From Thermoanaerobaculia bacterium (GTDB lineage Bacteria; Acidobacteriota; Thermoanaerobaculia; Gp7-AA8): 59,896 bases of DNA. Below the pieces are notes generated by a model. That model made no database searches, was not told where the DNA came from, and worked only from the letters and a program-made list of their open reading frames with translations. The stretch is taken from positions 1-59,896 of the forward strand of contig DASZZV010000207.1 of the NCBI GenBank assembly GCA_035544835.1, given 5' to 3'. This document shows positions 34,094 to 51,014 of the stretch, piece by piece. Every line of letters begins with the position of its first letter. Position 1 is the first letter of the stretch. The position numbers were made by a program, and so were the translations under genes.

Positions 34094-34183
34094 AATTGAG
34101 AATTGAGAATTGAGAATTGAGAAATGAAGAGGCGAGACTGAGGAAGTTTTTCTTTCTCAATTCTCAATTCTCAATTCTCAATT
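34094..34183. repeat. heptamer-arm hairpin element (family B, unit AATTGAG x4), 31-bp perfect stem
   Basis: 34094..34124 (aattgag x4 + aaa) is the exact reverse complement of 34153..34183. The loop is 28 nt. Confidence 0.9.
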
Positions 34184-34273
34184 GAGTTCAACCGGTCCGA
34201 AATGCTCGGACTCAATATCAACAGACGTAGGAGATGGGTCTCGCGATTCATCGTCTGCACTACGGAGGTAAAA

Positions 34274-34975
34274 TTGGCCCTACACGGCAAGAAGTATCGT
34301 GCAGCCGTCGAGAAGGTCGAGCATAAACCGTATCCGCTGGACGAGGCGTTCAAGCTGCTGAAAAGCATTGCTTTCGCCAAGTTCAACGAAACGGTGGAGC
34401 TCGCGCTGCTTCTCGGCGTCGATCCCAAGCACGCTGATCAGATGGTTCGCGGAACGACGATTCTTCCGCATGGAACCGGACAGACCAAGCGTGTCCTGGT
34501 GATCGCTTCGGGCGACAAAGTCCGGGAGGCACAGGAATCGGGCGCTGATTACGCTGGTGGCGAGGAAATGGTTGAGAAGATCCAGGGTGGCTGGGTCGAC
34601 TATGACGCCGTGATCGCGACACCGGACATGATGCGCTCGGTCGGTAAGCTCGGTAAGGTGCTGGGTCCCCGCGGACTGATGCCCAATCCCAAGACCGGCA
34701 CTGTGACTTTCGACGTCGCCAAAGCGCTCCAGGAAATCAAGGCAGGCAAGGTCGAGTTCCGAGTCGACAAGACGTCGATCATTCACGTCCCGGTCGGCAA
34801 AATCTCGTTCTCGTCCGAGCAGCTCTCGCAGAATGCCGAGAGCATCATCCATGCGGTTCGGAAAGCCAAACCACCGGCAGCGAAGGGCCGCTACATGCGC
34901 AGTATTTACGTTTCGTCGACCATGAGCCCTTCGATTCAGATTGACTCTTCTGTCGCCGAAGCGAAAGCGGAATAG
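34274..34975 (+). CDS. rplA: 50S ribosomal protein L1
   Basis: TTG start after GGAGG gives (M)[14 protein letters not shown]... The 257-aa ORF-track start lies inside the repeat-flanking region. Confidence 0.9.
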   Translation: MALHGKKYRAAVEKVEHKPYPLDEAFKLLKSIAFAKFNETVELALLLGVDPKHADQMVRGTTILPHGTGQTKRVLVIASGDKVREAQESGADYAGGEEMVEKIQGGWVDYDAVIATPDMMRSVGKLGKVLGPRGLMPNPKTGTVTFDVAKALQEIKAGKVEFRVDKTSIIHVPVGKISFSSEQLSQNAESIIHAVRKAKPPAAKGRYMRSIYVSSTMSPSIQIDSSVAEAKAE

Positions 34976-34986
34976 GGAGAGAGCCG

Positions 34987-35529
34987 ATGAATCGTGATGA
35001 AAAATCGCAGATGATCTCGGAGCTCACCGAAGGAATCGGAAAGGCTACCAGTGCTTTCGTAATCGATTTCAAGGGGATCACCGTTCCTCAGGTCACAGAG
35101 CTCCGCAAGCAGGTTCGCGAGAGTAACTCCAGGTACATCGTGGTCAAGAACACCCTGGCCCTCATCGCTCTCAAAGACTCACCGATGCAGGGCATGAAGG
35201 ACAAGTTCGTGGGTCCGACGGCCATCGCGTACGGCGATGACGCCGTAGCTCTGGCCAAGGCACTCACGAAGTTCGCGAAGGACGTCCCGTCCCTCTCGTT
35301 CAAGGGTGCTCTGCTCAACGGTCAGGTCGTCGAGGCCAGACAGATTCAGGCCATCGCCACTCTGCCGAGCCGCCCGGAACTCGTTTCCAGGCTTTTGTTC
35401 CTGCTCCAGAGCCCGATGCGCAATCTGGCCATCGTCCTCAACGCGAACATCCGCAACATTGCGGTGGTGCTCAACCAGGTTGCGAAACAGAAAGAAGGCG
35501 GCGCAGAAGCAGAAGGCAGCGCCGCTTAA
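34987..35529 (+). CDS. rplJ: 50S ribosomal protein L10
   Basis: 'MNRDEK..I.EL.E......A.V.DF.G..V...TELR'. Confidence 0.95.
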   Translation: MNRDEKSQMISELTEGIGKATSAFVIDFKGITVPQVTELRKQVRESNSRYIVVKNTLALIALKDSPMQGMKDKFVGPTAIAYGDDAVALAKALTKFAKDVPSLSFKGALLNGQVVEARQIQAIATLPSRPELVSRLLFLLQSPMRNLAIVLNANIRNIAVVLNQVAKQKEGGAEAEGSAA

Positions 35530-35589
35530 TCAAAAACTTAGAGAAACCGTCAGCCTGGCTGACACGAACATTTTTGGAGGATGCACCAA

Positions 35590-35973
35590 ATGGCTATGTC
35601 AACTGAAGACTTCGTAAAGCAGATCGAGATCATGTCGGTTCTCGACCTCAACACCCTCGTCAAGGCGCTCGAAGAGCGTTTCGGCGTTTCCGCCGCTGCC
35701 GCTACCATGGCAGCCCCGGCCGCCGGCGGCGGAGCTGCAGCAGCAGCTCCCGTTGAAGAGCAGACCGAGTTCACCGTCGTTCTCACCGAGGTCGGCGAAA
35801 AGAAGATCAACGTCATCAAGGCAGTTCGCGAAGTGACGGCCCTCGGACTGAAGGAAGCCAAGGACCTCGTCGAAGGCGCTCCGCAGACCGTCAAGGAAGG
35901 CGTGACCAAAGAAGAGGCAGCGAAGATCAAGAAGGTCTTCGAGGACGCCGGCGCGAAGGTCGTTATCAAGTGA
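35590..35973 (+). CDS. rplL: 50S ribosomal protein L7/L12
   Basis: '..DFVKQIE.MSVLDLN.LVKALEE.FGV', C-terminal 'KVVIK'. ATG 35590 is best spaced from GGAGG (alternatives 35581 and 35596). Confidence 0.95.
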   Translation: MAMSTEDFVKQIEIMSVLDLNTLVKALEERFGVSAAAATMAAPAAGGGAAAAAPVEEQTEFTVVLTEVGEKKINVIKAVREVTALGLKEAKDLVEGAPQTVKEGVTKEEAAKIKKVFEDAGAKVVIK

Positions 35974-36001
35974 TTTGCAGGCGGCGGTAGCCGCCGCAAA
36001 T

Positions 36002-36098
36002 CATCCTGAGGAGTGCGGAGCACGACGAAGGATCTTTGGTGGTCAACAAGCTCACCGCGAGTGTCACCAAAGATCCTTCGCTTCGCTCAGGATGACAA
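36002..36098. repeat. family-A hairpin element
   Basis: TCATCCTGAGGAGTGCGGAGCACGACGAAGGATCT ... GAGTGTCACCAAAGATCCTTCGCTTCGCTCAGGATGACA. The right arm is identical to that at 40701..40739. Preceded by the short hairpin ATTTGC-AGGCGGC-ggta-GCCGCC-GCAAAT. Confidence 0.85.
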
Positions 36099-36328
36099 CA
36101 CGTTTTTACCTCTGTTGAATCAAAAGAAACCCGGTCCGGAAAGGGGGGGAGCGGCCCTTTCCACATGACCACAACCCAGCGAACCTCCGCGGCGCGTCGC
36201 CTGCGCCCGACCTCGCAGTTCTCATTCTGTTTTGCGTGAAGACTCGGTCTGGGAAGTCGGTTTCTATTTGCAACCACTCCCCGGTCCATAGCCTCGCGCC
36301 GAACGAACTCTAAAGGAGCAACGGCCGA

Positions 36329-40624
<4,296 letters not shown>

Positions 40625-40640
40625 CGCGAGCAAAGCGAGC

Positions 40641-40761
40641 GTCATCCTGAGGAGCGCGTAAGCGCGACGAAGGATCTCCGGTGGTGACCACGACGGTCGC
40701 GAGTGTCACCAAAGATCCTTCGCTTCGCTCAGGATGACAAGCGCTTCGCTAAGGATGACAA
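40641..40761. repeat. family-A hairpin element plus an extra partial right arm
   Basis: GTCATCCTGAGGAGCGCGTAAGCGCGACGAAGGATCT ... AGATCCTTCGCTTCGCTCAGGATGACAA, then a repeated GCGCTTCGCTAAGGATGACAA (40741..40761). Confidence 0.85.
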
Positions 40762-40814
40762 ATAGATGAAGAACGCGAAAAGAACTCGAACTCCTAACAA
40801 AAGGGAGGCATAAC

Positions 40815-44996
<4,182 letters not shown>

Positions 44997-45020
44997 ATCT
45001 GAAATTTCAGAAGTTTGTCG

Positions 45021-45055
45021 AAAGGGCGGAACGCAAGTTCCGCCCTTTGTTTTTC
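45021..45055 (+). terminator. rho-independent terminator after rpoC
   Basis: AAAGGGCGGAAC-gcaa-GTTCCGCCCTTT followed by GTTTTTC. Confidence 0.85.
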
Positions 45056-45110
45056 TGGCAAAAGATGCGGAAAAGTCACGTAGAGCACCGTCATGGGGTG
45101 GAGCCGACGA

Positions 45111-45542
45111 TCACCGCTGCCCGATCCATGGATTGAGCACTGGTACACCCGCCTTCTCGTACTCACTCGTGTCGCGAGAGACGATGGTGAGACCCTGATG
45201 GAGTGCGGTCGCCGCGATGATGAGGTCCGGCTCTGAGAATGTATGGCCGATCTTGCGACCGTCCTCCACGAGCAGCCGCCATTTCAGCATGATGTCCTCG
45301 GTGACAGCGAGAACGCGATGCTCGAACATCGGACGCAGCCTGTGGGTGAGCCAATCGTTCAGTTCCACGCGGCGGCTCGCGTCCTTGACGAGCTCGATCC
45401 CGAACCGAATTTCGGCAAAGGTAACCGCGCTGACATACAGAAGCTCGAGCGGCTGGGCCGATACGAAGCGGACGACTCTCGCGTCCGGCTTTGGCCGGCG
45501 CAGCTCCGAAAGCACATTCGTATCGAGGAGCCAGCCCGTCAC
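45111..45542 (-). CDS. vapC: PIN-domain toxin, VapC family
   Basis: 'LLDTNVLSELRRP.P...V..F', 'D..IAATA......LV.RDT..Y'. GTG start overlaps the antitoxin stop (GTGA). Confidence 0.85.
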   Translation of the reverse strand: MTGWLLDTNVLSELRRPKPDARVVRFVSAQPLELLYVSAVTFAEIRFGIELVKDASRRVELNDWLTHRLRPMFEHRVLAVTEDIMLKWRLLVEDGRKIGHTFSEPDLIIAATALHQGLTIVSRDTSEYEKAGVPVLNPWIGQR

Positions 45543-45835
45543 AGCTCCACGCTGCGCACCCGAGCACGCCTGCGCCGCGGCTCCACGTCGATGTCGCCAA
45601 GGGGTGATGCCCGGAGGATGTCCACCAGTGCCTGACCTGTCGGCTGGCCTCTCAGCCGGCGAAACTCTTCCGCCGAGACGACGACGACCTCTTCACGGCC
45701 GTGCACCGTCACCCGCTGAGGTCCTTCGGTCTTCACCATCCGGACAAGCTCGCTGAACCTGGCCTTTGCATCCTGAAGCGCCCATTGTCCGCTGCCTGGC
45801 GCGCGGGGAAAACGTGATCGTCGAGTACTAGTCAT
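45539..45835 (-). CDS. Phd/YefM-type antitoxin partnered with VapC
   Basis: 'W.LQDAKARFSELVR......GPQ.VT.HG.E.VVVVSAEEF..L'. ATG 45835 lies inside the palindrome CTAGTCATCCTGACTAG. Confidence 0.75.
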   Translation of the reverse strand: MTSTRRSRFPRAPGSGQWALQDAKARFSELVRMVKTEGPQRVTVHGREEVVVVSAEEFRRLRGQPTGQALVDILRASPLGDIDVEPRRRRARVRSVEL

Positions 45836-45935
45836 CCTGACTAGTATACGACACCTTGAGATGGTCGCTCGGGAACGATGCACGCCTCTGGGTGTTGCGC
45901 GTTCGGTGACACCACTTCCTCATCGACGAACAGGT
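45813..45935 (+). repeat. about 122-nt direct repeat, copy A
   Basis: Aligns with 46512..46632 at roughly 90% identity by eye with 2 single-nt gaps. Covers the antitoxin 5' end, the CTAGTCATCCTGACTAG palindrome and an rpoC-like stretch. Confidence 0.85.
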
Positions 45936-45972
45936 CATCGTTTCCGCTTCATGGAAGAGAACGAGAAGGTCA
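45850..45972 (+). pseudogene. relic copy of an internal rpoC segment (equivalent to rpoC 44543..44664)
   Basis: 45916..45972 equals rpoC 44607..44664 except for one missing G. A further about 65 nt upstream aligns degenerately. Reading frames are broken by stops and a frameshift. Confidence 0.7.
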
Positions 45973-46152
45973 CTGCATCTCGATAAGGGTTTGGAAGGCC
46001 ACCTGCGTGCTACGCTCTGGCCTCTTTTCAAAGCAGGCAATTCGGCTACTGAAGCCGGACAGGCCTTCGCGAGAAGGCCTTGTGTGGGCGGCCAACTTCT
46101 GCTGCAGAGGACTTCCCGCGCATCAGCGGGTAAAAAAGGGAGAGTCTCAGAT

Positions 46153-46503
46153 ATGAAAAACCTGATGACCGTAGCACTCGCAATTCTGTTGGTTTCCGTA
46201 GCATGCGCCTCCGATCGTGCGGCGCGGACGCAGGCCCAGCTTAACGCCCCGCGGATTCAGATGGTGAAGCTCGGGCAAACGATGGATACCGTTCGCGAGA
46301 TCATGAAGCACGACCCCGAGAGCCAGGATTCAGCGCTCGTGAATGGCTCCGAGATGATCACGTGGCACTTCATCACAAAGTACGTCGAGAACGATGACGA
46401 ACGGGCTGAGGGGGTCAACACGTCAATCACGTTTGACGGTGGGAAGGTTGTAGGGATTAAACAGACCGCGTGGCTGAAAAACGGCGTTTTCACGAAGAAG
46501 TAG
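46153..46503 (+). CDS. small lipoprotein, SmpA/OmlA (BamE)-like
   Basis: MKNLMTVALAILLVSVAC lipobox. 'KLGQTMDTVREIM..P.....GSEMITWHF....ITFDGGKVVGI' resembles the BamE fold pattern (by eye). Confidence 0.6.
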   Translation: MKNLMTVALAILLVSVACASDRAARTQAQLNAPRIQMVKLGQTMDTVREIMKHDPESQDSALVNGSEMITWHFITKYVENDDERAEGVNTSITFDGGKVVGIKQTAWLKNGVFTKK

Positions 46504-46511
46504 CCGTGAAC

Positions 46512-46632
46512 CGTGGTCGTCGAGTTCTAGTCATCCTGACTAGTATACGACAGCTTGAGATGATCGCTCGGAACGATGCGCGCCTCTGGGTGTTGCCCGT
46601 CGGTGACACCACTTCCTCGTCGACGAACAGGT
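46512..46632 (+). repeat. about 122-nt direct repeat, copy B
   Basis: See 45813..45935. Contains a truncated copy of the antitoxin start (MTRTRRPRF..* on the minus strand). Ends at ..GACGAACAGGT. Confidence 0.85.
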
Positions 46633-46711
46633 GACTCTCACTGTCGCTACACAGCACGCAGTGCGCGCGAAACATCCTCACACCCTGTCGCAAAGGGTTA
46701 GAATTCCGCGC

Positions 46712-48010
46712 ATGCTTCTTTCTGTGAGATTGTTCCTAATCTCGATCACGATCGTGCTCTCCGCCAGTCATCTCAGTGCGCAGGTGGAGAACACAGAGGT
46801 CACACGTTCGCTACCCTCCATCCAGTTCGGCTTCGGGAATCCGGGCGCGCGCTCCCTCGGTATGGGAGGAGCGTTCCTGGCACTCGCTGACGATGCGTCG
46901 GCTGCCGAAGCGAATCCGGCGGGACTCACGATTCTTCGGAAGACGGAGTTGTCGTTAGAGTTTCGCGACGCGACACAGGATAGGAGCATTCCCTTGCGTG
47001 GCACGTATCCCGGAATCGAATCGGGAAGCTTGACGACCTCGACACGTCTCTCCCAAGTCTCATTTGCGAGCATCGTTTACCCGCTCGAAAAGTACTCGAT
47101 CGCGGGCTACTACCACCGCGTCGTTGGATTCCGCATCGCTCCCGTTCTGCGGGAGCCGGTGTTTTACAACGTCGACACTGCTGGTGGCGGTCTGGTGAGC
47201 TCCGAGGTCTGTGCCCGGCTCGGGTCTCTCTGCAAGAGTGCCTATCTGCAACCGGAAGAGGCGAGTCTGCACGGGGATCTCGAGACTTTCGGTGTCGCCG
47301 CGGCCAGAGCGTTCGGCCCCTTTTCGCTGGGTGCAGCGATGCGGTATGAACGATATTCGCAGGGAGGGTTCATCGTTCCCTTCAATCTGGCAGGTGTCGC
47401 CTTCGGCAGGTTCTCCCAGACTGCCTCAGGCGGCGACTTCACCTTCAGTGCGGGAGCGAAGTGGACGCCGATCTCGGGCGTGAGTCTGGGGGCAGTATAC
47501 AAACAGGGCTCCAATTTCCACGCTCCCCTGACTTACGAGCCAATCGGGGGCGGTGCACGTTTCCTCATTGCCGATCTCACCCGCCATTTTCCCTCGATTG
47601 CCGGGGTCGGTATCTCCGTGCGTCCCGCGCCATCGCTGACCTTCAACGCCGATGCGATCCGGATCGGTTACCGGAAATTCGGGAAGAGCTCGATTGTGAA
47701 CGACCAGACGCTCTACCGCCTCAGAGACGGCACGGAGCTCCGTTTCGGCGCCGAGTACTTCATCATCACCAGGGTCCCGATCGCACTCCGGGCAGGTTGG
47801 TGGCGGGATCCGGCTCACACGCTCGAATACGTAGGGCCTGTCAACACACTGCAGGGCGGAGCAGCCTCGCTCATCTATCCTCGGGCGTCGCAGGAAGATC
47901 ACTATTCCCTCGGCGCTGGTTTTTCTTGGGAGCGGTTCCAGGTCGACGCGGCCTATGACACGGCCCGGGACGCGCACACGGCGTCGGTCTCGGTCCTGGC
48001 TCGTTTCTGA
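46712..48010 (+). CDS. outer-membrane beta-barrel protein (FadL/OMPP1-like or PorV-like family)
   Basis: Signal peptide ..SASHLSAQ. 'GARSLGMGGAFLALADDASAAEANPAGL' N-terminal motif. C-terminal ..VSVLARF (terminal Phe). Confidence 0.65.
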   Translation: MLLSVRLFLISITIVLSASHLSAQVENTEVTRSLPSIQFGFGNPGARSLGMGGAFLALADDASAAEANPAGLTILRKTELSLEFRDATQDRSIPLRGTYPGIESGSLTTSTRLSQVSFASIVYPLEKYSIAGYYHRVVGFRIAPVLREPVFYNVDTAGGGLVSSEVCARLGSLCKSAYLQPEEASLHGDLETFGVAAARAFGPFSLGAAMRYERYSQGGFIVPFNLAGVAFGRFSQTASGGDFTFSAGAKWTPISGVSLGAVYKQGSNFHAPLTYEPIGGGARFLIADLTRHFPSIAGVGISVRPAPSLTFNADAIRIGYRKFGKSSIVNDQTLYRLRDGTELRFGAEYFIITRVPIALRAGWWRDPAHTLEYVGPVNTLQGGAASLIYPRASQEDHYSLGAGFSWERFQVDAAYDTARDAHTASVSVLARF

Positions 48011-48190
48011 TATCCCGCCTACCAGCCACTGGACCTGACGGCCGAGCAGATCTTCATTGCAGACGAGATCCGCATCAACAGAGATCCGTTTGACGGCCTC
48101 CTTTGCGCAGCGGCGCTCTCCCTCGGGCTTCCCCTCGTCACCGGCGATGCCGGCATCCAGGCGTCAGGGAAGGTGAAGGTGATCTGGTAA
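48011..48190 (+). pseudogene. C-terminal remnant of a PIN-domain (VapC-like) gene
   Basis: The frame is open from the OMP stop and has no start codon: ..LTAEQIFIADEIRINRDPFDGLLCAAALSLGLPLVTGDAGIQASGKVKVIW*. 'DPFD..L.A.A....LPLVT.D' is a PIN C-terminal signature. Confidence 0.65.
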
Positions 48191-48375
48191 CCGTCGTTGC
48201 CGCGCATGATCGCTTCACGGCCAGCCTCGCTCTGGCCCTCGCAAATCGAGTGACGGGCAACGCCGAAGCAGCCGCGATTTTCGCCGAAGTGAGGAAAGAG
48301 TACCCGGAATGGGAGCGGGAAGAACTGATCGAGCAGGGGGAGCTTTCGTTCCTGATTGAAGGACAGGGGGACAGG

Positions 48376-48990
48376 TCAACGCTGCTGCAGTTTTCTCAGT
48401 TGTGCGATCTCGGCCAGATCGAGAACGTCCTTCAATCGTCCAGCGGAGCGTTTCGCACTTTCTAGTCCTTCGAGGTCCAGTACGGCGACCGAGCAGTCAT
48501 AGACATCCATTCGTGTGGAACGGGCGAGAACGGCGGAGAAATCTCCGACTCCCTGGATCTCACCGAGGATGTCGATATCGCCGGCGTCAGTCGCAAAGGT
48601 AAAGTTGAGGCCGGAGGCGATTGTCGGGGCGTCAGCGACGAAGGGCAGATCGCGAGGTGCGCCACGCAGTGTCGGATGGAAGGGCGACAGTGCCGCGGCC
48701 AGGCGCCCGACATTTTCTCGGTGTCTCGAATAGCAGATGTCGAGGTCCTGCGTCGTTCTGGCCGAGCCGCGGAGGACTCAATCAATGTTCGGAAGTCGGT
48801 GATCACGAGGCTCGTTCCGTGCCTGGTCGAGAGCGCGAACGACGGCGATCATTCGTTCGAGGCGCTCCGTAGGCGAAAGCTCGAGGCGCTCCTCGAGGAG
48901 CGTGACGTCCACGCCCGAAGGGATAGAACGAAGAATCTGCTCATCCCAGGTCTCGCCAGGATGCGGGACATTCGTGTTGGAGCCCATCAA
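48376..48990 (-). pseudogene. nucleotidyltransferase-fold gene disrupted by frameshift(s), paralog of 22809..23297
   Basis: The N-terminal ORF 48778..48990 ends ..MIAVVRALDQARNE.. (compare VLRELSDRN of the 22809 gene). A different frame at 48376..48773 reads ..RGSARTTQDLDICY...SAKRSAGRLKDVLDLAEIAQL*. That frame has no start codon of its own. Confidence 0.55.
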
Positions 48991-49067
48991 GCCAAGTATA
49001 CGTCCGGTCCTGATGGGCTGCCGGAGGATGCCCCAAAGATAGGGACTGTGCCGAGGTAGTTTGAGAG

Positions 49068-49955
49068 CTAACGCTTCCGGAACAGAAGGACGTCGCGACT
49101 CGTGGTGACGTCGATTGTCTTGAGAGCATCTGAGGCTTCGCGCCTGCTTTGGCGGGCACCGCGGTAAGTCGCTGCCAGGAGGTCGCGGAGCAGTTCGGGC
49201 GAGAGCCGTTCGCGCCGGGTAATCGTTTGCCGCGCTTCGAGCACAAAGAGGTCGCGCAGATATTCTTCGACCGGTCCGCTGCGATCGCGGAGGATCGGGG
49301 TTCCGAGCACGATCTCGCGAAGCTCGATCAGATCATCCGCTGCCGGCACGGCGATTACCACAAGACCCTTCGGACTCAGGACGCGGCTCATCTCCGTGGC
49401 ATGGCGTGGGCCGGTGATCGAGGCCAGGAGCGAGAATGACTCGCTCGAATAAGGAATGCCGTGGTCGACGTTTGCCACGATCCATGTGCACTGGCCGTAG
49501 CGCCGGGCCGCCAACTCGGCGGCCGGTACCGACAGGTCGATACCATGAGCGTCGCAGTCGAACCTCTCGCGAATCAGGTTGAGATGAAATCCTTCGCCTG
49601 ATCCCAGCTCCAGGGCAGTAGTCACCGACGGCTGGTGCTGGACTATGAGGTCGATGAGGTCACGAGCCAGCGCGGTTCCGTGTCCCGAATCGAGGAACCG
49701 TCGTCGCGCTTCGACGGCTAGCCGCGAGTCGCCGGGTTTGAGGGAGCGGCGGTCCTGCGGCTGAAGCAGGTTGCAGTAGCCGCTTCTGGCGAGGTCGAAT
49801 GAATGACCCGCCGTGCAGATCATCCGCCGCCCATCAACGGTGAGAATCTCTCCGCAGGTTCTCACGGTACAGAGCAGTCTGACCGGTTTTATCCCGACTT
49901 CTTGATCGCCTGGTTGCAACGAGCTCGATTGTAAGACTGCCGGGCTCTGGTGCAT
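49068..49955 (-). CDS. rlmA: 23S rRNA (guanine-N1)-methyltransferase RlmA family
   Basis: Zn-finger 'C..C......C..GHSFD.ARSGY.NLL' followed by SAM motif 'LELGSGEG'. Confidence 0.8.
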   Translation of the reverse strand: MHQSPAVLQSSSLQPGDQEVGIKPVRLLCTVRTCGEILTVDGRRMICTAGHSFDLARSGYCNLLQPQDRRSLKPGDSRLAVEARRRFLDSGHGTALARDLIDLIVQHQPSVTTALELGSGEGFHLNLIRERFDCDAHGIDLSVPAAELAARRYGQCTWIVANVDHGIPYSSESFSLLASITGPRHATEMSRVLSPKGLVVIAVPAADDLIELREIVLGTPILRDRSGPVEEYLRDLFVLEARQTITRRERLSPELLRDLLAATYRGARQSRREASDALKTIDVTTSRDVLLFRKR

Positions 49956-49986
49956 TTCTTAATTGCAGGGCATAAGCTCGTCGTTG

Positions 49987-50979
49987 ATGAACGACAAAGT
50001 GCTGTTGCTCAATGAAGAGCAGGTCCATCATCTTCTCACCCCGGCCGAGTGCATCGAGGCAATGGAATCGGCGCTGATCGCCCTCGCGCGCGGTGAAGTC
50101 TACAATCCCCTCCGGCAGCTAATGCGCCCTCCAGGAGCCAGCGGAGTGCTCGGGCTGATGCCTGCGTATCGCTCGGGGAACAAGCCTGTCTTCGCGTTGA
50201 AGGAGGTAGCTGTGTTTCCCGGGAACCCGGCCAGGGGACTCGACTCTCATCTCGGTGCCGTACTTCTTCACAGCGGTGAGACGGGACAACTGCTGGGAGT
50301 CTTCAATGCCGCGGCCATCACCGCGATCAGGACCGCCGCCGTGAGCGCGCTGGCAACGAGGCTTTTGTCGCGTCAGGAATCGACGACGCTGACCATCATT
50401 GGAGCAGGAGTGCAGGCCCGCGCGCATGCCGAATCCATCGCCAGCGTTCGGGCCCTGAAGGGAATTCGTCTCGCATCACGCGGTTCGGAAAAAGCACAAA
50501 AGCTCGCCGGGGAGCTCACCTCCCGGCTGGGGATCGAGTGCACATTCGTGGCAGACATCAGAGCCGCGCTCGAGGGGGCCGACATCATCGTCACGGCCAC
50601 CAGTTCCAACTCCCCGATTCTGAAAAGAGAATGGATCGGTCCCGGAGCTCACATCAATGCCGTTGGTTCGAGCGTGCGGAGCGCTCGGGAAATCGATGGA
50701 GCGACCATGGCGGCATCGCGGCTCTTTGTCGATCGCCGCGAGTCGACGCTGAATGAGTCGGGCGACTATCTTTCCGCAGAGGCTGAGGGGCTGATCGGCC
50801 CCGGGCACATCGTTGCTGAGATCGGTGAGATTCTCATCGGGACCCACAAGGGAAGAATCTCGGAAGGGGAGATCACACTTTTCAAGTCACTGGGACTCGC
50901 CGCCGAGGATCTCGCCGCCGCCGAATTTCTGCTGGAGAAGGCTAAGAGGCTCGAGTTCGGCACGTGGGCTTCGATCTGA
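49987..50979 (+). CDS. ornithine cyclodeaminase / mu-crystallin family protein
   Basis: 'AITAIRTAAVSA.AT..L', Rossmann 'L.IIGAGVQA..H'. ATG 49987 preferred over TTG 49963. Confidence 0.8.
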   Translation: MNDKVLLLNEEQVHHLLTPAECIEAMESALIALARGEVYNPLRQLMRPPGASGVLGLMPAYRSGNKPVFALKEVAVFPGNPARGLDSHLGAVLLHSGETGQLLGVFNAAAITAIRTAAVSALATRLLSRQESTTLTIIGAGVQARAHAESIASVRALKGIRLASRGSEKAQKLAGELTSRLGIECTFVADIRAALEGADIIVTATSSNSPILKREWIGPGAHINAVGSSVRSAREIDGATMAASRLFVDRRESTLNESGDYLSAEAEGLIGPGHIVAEIGEILIGTHKGRISEGEITLFKSLGLAAEDLAAAEFLLEKAKRLEFGTWASI

Positions 50980-51014
50980 CACGCCAGGATCGAACGATGC
51001 CGTCCTGTTACCTT

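Noticed and set aside
31715-34183. Possibility that the short tandem repeats (AATTGAG)n, (GGATGTT)n and (AAATTCG)n are CRISPR arrays or simple microsatellites.
   Set aside because: The units are 7 nt with no spacers, so they are not CRISPR. They always occur as two complementary arrays around a unique loop, so they are hairpin elements rather than plain microsatellites.
45828-45848. Palindrome CTAGTCATCCTGACTAG plus a TATACT box as the vapB promoter/operator.
   Set aside because: The palindrome overlaps the antitoxin ATG and a -10-like hexamer lies 7 nt upstream. No acceptable -35 was found, and the geometry would require a leaderless mRNA. This is too speculative without TSS data.
48103-48465. 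120-aa plus-strand ORF. The 114-aa minus-strand ORF 48462..48806 was also considered.
   Set aside because: The plus ORF starts inside the PIN remnant and then runs antisense to the NTase-like frame. The 114-aa minus ORF is the wrong frame of the same NTase relic. The frame with the ..TTQDLDICY...GRLKDVLDL.. motifs has no start codon and was therefore missing from the track.
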